Shown: one piece after another, positions 9,201-10,709 of the stretch | How positions within the stretch are numbered: position 1 is the stretch's first letter | How the letters are laid out: every line of letters starts with the position of its first letter | Source: an uncultured Gemmatimonadota bacterium | GTDB lineage: Bacteria > SM23-81 | Length of the DNA: 10,709 bases | Reading direction: 5' to 3' | Assembly (NCBI GenBank): GCA_964584035.1 | Contig: CAZOYL010000012.1 | Span: 23,207 to 33,915, forward strand | The notes under the pieces: generated by a model | What the model saw: only the letters and a program-made list of their open reading frames with translations | The model's database searches: none | What the model was told of the DNA's origin: nothing | Position numbers and translations under genes: made by a program

Positions 9201-10691
9201 ATCGCTGGACCACCATTTCCGGGAGGCTCCATCCCGGGCCCCATGGGCCCACCAGTTGACGATGCCGTAGGTGCCGGTGGGCCAGTCGCCGGTCACGTGG
9301 CCATGGGTCAGAGGCGTATCACAGAGGTAGTCGGAGGTGTCCAGGCCGGCCTTCTCGTACATCGTGGTGGTGCTCCACAGGCCGCCCAGCATGTCGGAGA
9401 TCATGTCCTCCATCAGCTCGGCCCCGTCCGTTCGGAAGTTCGTAGCAATACTGTCCTCGAATTCGAAGTTGCTGAAGGCTCCCAGCAGGAGGGCGTCGTA
9501 TTTCCATCCGGCGGCATTGTCGGCCTCGAACTTGATCAATTTTTTGCAGATGTTGTGGGTCTCATCGGCGTCGTTGGAAGAGATCCGGCCGACATAGACC
9601 TCGGCCACGAAATCGATGTCGTCATTGTCATACTCGCCCGGGAAACCGTCCCCGTCCGAGTCCCAGTCGCTGGTCAGCTCGGCGTAGTAGTAGTCGGTCG
9701 GCGTGGTGGTGTCGGAGGCCGCCCGGTGATTGGTCGAATCGGGGAAACAGCGGCGCATGGGGATGTGATCGTCGTCCCCGGCGATGAGGACGTACTCGAT
9801 GCCCCATTCGCTGTCCAGGTATTTATCCTGCAGAAAGGCCCGGATGCGGGCCGGCAGATCGGCGCCGGTGTAGTTTGAGTTGATCCAGGTGGTGGTGACC
9901 ACCTTGACATCATAGCCCAGGTCCTCCTTCCAGTCCTGCAAGGTGTCACAGGAGGCCGATAGGCTGTCGGTGGCGATGATCACGAAATCCCAGTCCTCCG
10001 CCTTACCCTCTGTCATTTGCCGGGGGTACCACCGTTGCGCCTGCTGGTAGTTGATGAACAGCCGCGCCGCCTGGTCCTCCATTTTCCGGTCCGCCAGCAG
10101 CCTCCTGACCTCGTCGGTCATCCCCGGCGCGGTGTAATCGATGGTCACTCGAGCGGCCCGGTGGTGAAGCAGGCGTCCCGATACGGGATTGTAAGCAAAG
10201 GGCGTGAAGGTCACCCGGGCGAAAGAGTATTTCCGCAACCGGCCGGTGCCGGCCAGCTCTCCGGACCGTTCCGGATAGGGCGCGTCGGAGTCGTAGATCT
10301 GCCGGCGGCGGGCCTCCCATTCCCGATGGATGTCCGCCATCCAGCTCTCATCGATATTCATCTGTGGCAGGATTGGGGGGCGCGGCGCGACAGAATAGGT
10401 ACCGGGAAGCTCCCGGGAGCCAATGGGTTCTACCCTGACCGAGCGGACCTGTGCCAGGGGAGGCAGAGCGATCGCGAAGGTGCGCCCCGGCAGCCAGGGT
10501 TCTCCCGGCTGGGCCAGGGAACCGAAATCCTCTATGAGGATCCGCTGCCGCCCCTTCTCGTCCGTGGCGATCTGGTAATCCCCGGCCTCCAGGGTGATGG
10601 TCAGCAATTCTCCAAAGGCACCGGCGGCCAGCAGGCCGGTCAGGACGGCCGTGATCAGCAGAATCCAGCCGAAAGCATATCGATAACTCAT
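3240..10691 (-). CDS. Giant secreted C25-family (gingipain-like) cysteine peptidase with beta-helix, Ig-like and FN3 modules, 2483 aa
   Basis: Uninterrupted ORF with an AGGAGGT SD, a signal peptide and a terminator. C25 motifs: DFVIIA, DWKEDLG, YVLIAGD, PTDYYY, EVYVGRI, VNWWAHG, FANSCWCG, LYGDPS. Followed by about 1850 aa of extracellular-type modules. Confidence 0.95.
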   Translation of the reverse strand: MSYRYAFGWILLITAVLTGLLAAGAFGELLTITLEAGDYQIATDEKGRQRILIEDFGSLAQPGEPWLPGRTFAIALPPLAQVRSVRVEPIGSRELPGTYSVAPRPPILPQMNIDESWMADIHREWEARRRQIYDSDAPYPERSGELAGTGRLRKYSFARVTFTPFAYNPVSGRLLHHRAARVTIDYTAPGMTDEVRRLLADRKMEDQAARLFINYQQAQRWYPRQMTEGKAEDWDFVIIATDSLSASCDTLQDWKEDLGYDVKVVTTTWINSNYTGADLPARIRAFLQDKYLDSEWGIEYVLIAGDDDHIPMRRCFPDSTNHRAASDTTTPTDYYYAELTSDWDSDGDGFPGEYDNDDIDFVAEVYVGRISSNDADETHNICKKLIKFEADNAAGWKYDALLLGAFSNFEFEDSIATNFRTDGAELMEDMISDMLGGLWSTTTMYEKAGLDTSDYLCDTPLTHGHVTGDWPTGTYGIVNWWAHGARDGASRKWWSSDGNGNGTPEAGEMSWQRFIENPDTPSLDDDHPSIVFANSCWCGQPDASGKCLAQRCLEQGSSGMVASTRVSWYFPGWDSHWDGGNASVDYYFFDELINGDKKLGEALFDAKVTHKANHVTMWHEQMNMFDFCLYGDPSMVWQGAIPAAVSDTISNDTTWTVSQSPYIVKDRLYIRGTDGGDNVTTLIINPGVRVLFGENGALVVGSTGSTRPGALVADGKPDSLIVFTSASDTTKNEPGDWQDIEFLDYSKDATCKLDHCLIEYAGDGIYCHGASPTISNCTIRNVDGNGLELYSDSDPNITNTVVHDCGLNGIRLSGSSDPALYGDSVSICLYGLYAEGSSPSVDSCFFMNNTNDGVIISGATAGPTISNCVVRNNGEAGINAYNWSVPVISGCTIRDNGVWGISVSNVGGAQIYENTITRHDSIAAIEIQGASDTVWVYSNTLTDNYSGLFLNYSTSSSPTVVYYNTITDNDYGVSIEDTASISIHHNDILDNTTRNLNYGPIDTLTAEYNWWGATRADSIEAGLGGYGEIDYIPFLTNTYHAPWVEVTYPNGGEVVGDTTDITWTAPDVDGDSVVIYSIGYSDDSGASWHYFASGEPNDGVYPWDTTIRDDTTTYLIEVRAYDGTNASWDRSDSLFTVYNPDPPSVMILDPNGGELLVWETEITWWATDPDLGDSTILSADLDYSPDAGTTWTVIDSNQANDGTYDWDVSDLDDGTQYLVRITVNDTSGLFAGDSSDYVFEIDNPDPPTVTVLSPNGFEHWSGSHTIRWTATDPDSLEGLTFDLYVGTATAGDTTWTQYLNGSPDTSYSWNTATYPDWGTCYVQVVVTDPDALTDEDICNHSFTVDNTPPLMPAYLYLDASWNSVLGMGSVNLSWEDVTDTLSSPEFYEIYQGTSNSNIDYNTPIYSGSNNFFSIDSLGAGPHYFGLKARDSADQPNWVTYQKSKGTNGEGVYFTSTDFNLTSVVSNSNGVVTGTNPSFQLDGSVVLTYGDFMIINYENLTAGDSDGHHAFHVYGRLNAHKSTFSASGAGDWRGIVFADSSMDYDTVTTIGCLVDSCTIRHAVNGIDCNWSSPMINGNEISHCSTNGINCFWSNAIIQNNDSGVGGIHHNGIGIYEDGEGPMGGGILVRDNELRDNDSGMHFGNNAQPTIERNLIHDNFVGVEFWNWAFALSFARNDIYDNTTFGVENDTSSCLITAKNNYWGAASGPSGQGAGSGDGVSKNVDFSPFLTFPTGSDVVNSCQLISPASITMDVGDTTGTILGQVYEPGVTPGGGQGAGIAAQVGYGSNGSQPSGGGWKWSSASYTQDVGSNDEYGGTLTVSRAGNYDYTFRFSTDSGTTWVYADLDGNDQGGGGINGYTTDQAGALTVGYVLNPVVVIDDDLGSWQNNYHNALANNGINFDTWDVSSQGSPPAGFLNKYQVVIWETGEDLTATITDDDENALMAYLDNGGNLFLSSKGYLSEAGMLRPFITDYLHVDWWDDDVSGIEREHGEPGDVIADGLELELEWPLREGSDDMIPGNEAVGIFQNDHFKSRQQMNYGGLRSPVAINQSGGRVVFFSFPFEAIEDLADPDNQDTVMDRVMDWLVTDLLPPEALMAGENYPAYIPLTWSPPGSNVDTLMIHDDTFEGRIRASDSDVTLAVRLTPEAYPCILRTLMFHVWDVAPMTAADLYVFSDTSLLVDSEPGPPISGPHEVLTFGHGDGWVFADIWDEQIIVDSLDVYLGVAFRDSLDTGVSCDRTAPFHDRGWWGQSPDGPWELLSNFGWPYDVSDPSISAVVVYEDGSSKVLGGSRGGALDPYRLGGGTPAGKALVGYNVYRGDTAGGPYDLLEVVPVDETTYEDHSVYGGDRHWYVVTATYHQEESDTSDEDDGRSRSLLKPAPVGDLAAAKEKDDIRLTWSAVSLDTTGHPKEVDWYTIYRVTDPETPIFGGDAVCLTDELSYVDSGAVGDLGVHYFYAVKAEDVAGLKSAESNRAGEFDTSLINAK
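3243..3566 (-). other. C-terminal FN3-like domain with a GEFD tail
   Basis: PAPVGDL..IRLTWSAV..WYTIYR..SYVD..YFYAVKAED..SAESNRAGEFDTSLINAK*. Confidence 0.75.
4440..5075 (-). other. Class I glutamine-amidotransferase-like alpha/beta module, probably non-catalytic
   Basis: VVVIDDD..Y..AL...G..FDTW, LNKYQVVIWETG, L.AYLDNGGNLFLS, VVFFSFPFE..MDWL pattern. No Cys anywhere in the module. Confidence 0.6.
5505..6340 (-). other. Right-handed parallel beta-helix module 2
   Basis: GDWRGIVF, PMINGNEISH, PTIERNLIHDN repeats, and an NNYWG..SGP..GDGVS..VDFSPFLT end motif. Confidence 0.8.
6381..6650 (-). other. Fibronectin type III-like domain
   Basis: VNLSWEDVTD..FYEIYQ..IDSLGAGPHYFGLKARD pattern. Confidence 0.7.
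6657..7568 (-). repeat. Three tandem ~100-aa 'PNGGE' Ig-like repeats
   Basis: Repeat starts PWVEVTYPNGGE, PSVMILDPNGGE and PTVTVLSPNGFE. Each has I.W.A.D.D, then Y.W(D/N), then a D.SD..F.(V/I) type ending; copies 1 and 2 also share YS.D.G..W. Diverged at the DNA level. Confidence 0.85.
7584..8750 (-). other. Right-handed parallel beta-helix module 1 (PbH1/NosD-like repeats)
   Basis: DTTWT..SPYIV..TLIINPGV cap, ~22-24-aa repeats such as PTISNCTIRN..GLEL and PTISNCVVRNN..GI, and an NWWG..IDYIPFLT end motif. Confidence 0.85.
8790..9995 (-). other. Peptidase C25 catalytic domain (aa ~233-634); catalytic His483 (9243-9245) and Cys536 (9084-9086)
   Basis: VNWWAHG and FANSC correspond to RgpB VNYTGHG (His211) and FDVAC (Cys244); the domain ends in GDPS as in gingipains. 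Confidence 0.9.
10130..10610 (-). other. Propeptide_C25-like inhibitory prodomain (approximate bounds)
   Basis: PGEPWLP..IALPP..VRV, YP, and FTPFAYNPVSGRL..VTIDY pattern typical of gingipain-type propeptides, lying between the signal peptide and the catalytic domain. Confidence 0.8.
10611..10691 (-). other. Sec signal peptide (aa 1-27, predicted cleavage AFG|E)
   Basis: MSYRY n-region, hydrophobic WILLITAVLTGLLAAG core, A-x-G cleavage motif and no lipobox Cys. Confidence 0.8.
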
Positions 10692-10698
10692 CGCAACG

Positions 10699-10705
10699 AC
10701 CTCCT
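10699..10705 (-). promoter_or_regulatory. Shine-Dalgarno site of the protease gene
   Basis: AGGAGGT lies 7 nt upstream of the ATG at 10691. Confidence 0.9.
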
Positions 10706-10709
10706 CAGG

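Noticed and set aside
5727..9878. Plus-strand ORFs 5727..6623, 6672..7067, 7572..7988 and 8283..9878
   Set aside because: Antisense shadows expected from GC-rich codon usage, which rarely gives TTA/CTA/TCA on the coding strand.
10705..10707. TGA overlapping the SD (ccTGAggagg) as the stop of an upstream coupled gene
   Set aside because: Only two further bases are available, so it cannot be supported.
1..10709. CRISPR arrays, tRNA/rRNA, IS elements, inteins
   Set aside because: No spaced direct repeats, RNA gene signatures, transposase or intein motifs seen; nearly all of the window is accounted for by two CDSs.

Overview
Bacterial, GC-rich window with two minus-strand genes. (1) 3240..10691 is a complete 2483-aa secreted gingipain-like (peptidase C25, clan CD) cysteine protease. 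Its architecture is: signal peptide, C25 propeptide, C25 catalytic domain with intact His/Cys dyad, beta-helix, three 'PNGGE' Ig-like repeats, FN3-like domain, second beta-helix, amylopullulanase-like beta module, GATase-I-like alpha/beta module, a split FN3 with an inserted domain, and a terminal FN3 ending 'SNRAGEFDTSLINAK'. It has a perfect Shine-Dalgarno site and a strong intrinsic terminator. (2) <1..2952 is a soluble hybrid sensor histidine kinase (PAS-PAS-PAS-GAF-PAS-HisKA-HATPase-REC) that runs off the left edge and is therefore missing from the ORF track. It is preceded by a candidate sigma-54 (-24/-12) promoter. The long plus-strand ORFs are antisense shadows. The main lead is that the giant protease has no recognisable T9SS CTD or other known anchor, so its terminal FN3 plus 'GEFD' tail may be an uncharacterised export/sorting module. 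Domain calls come from motif recognition by eye, not from database searches.
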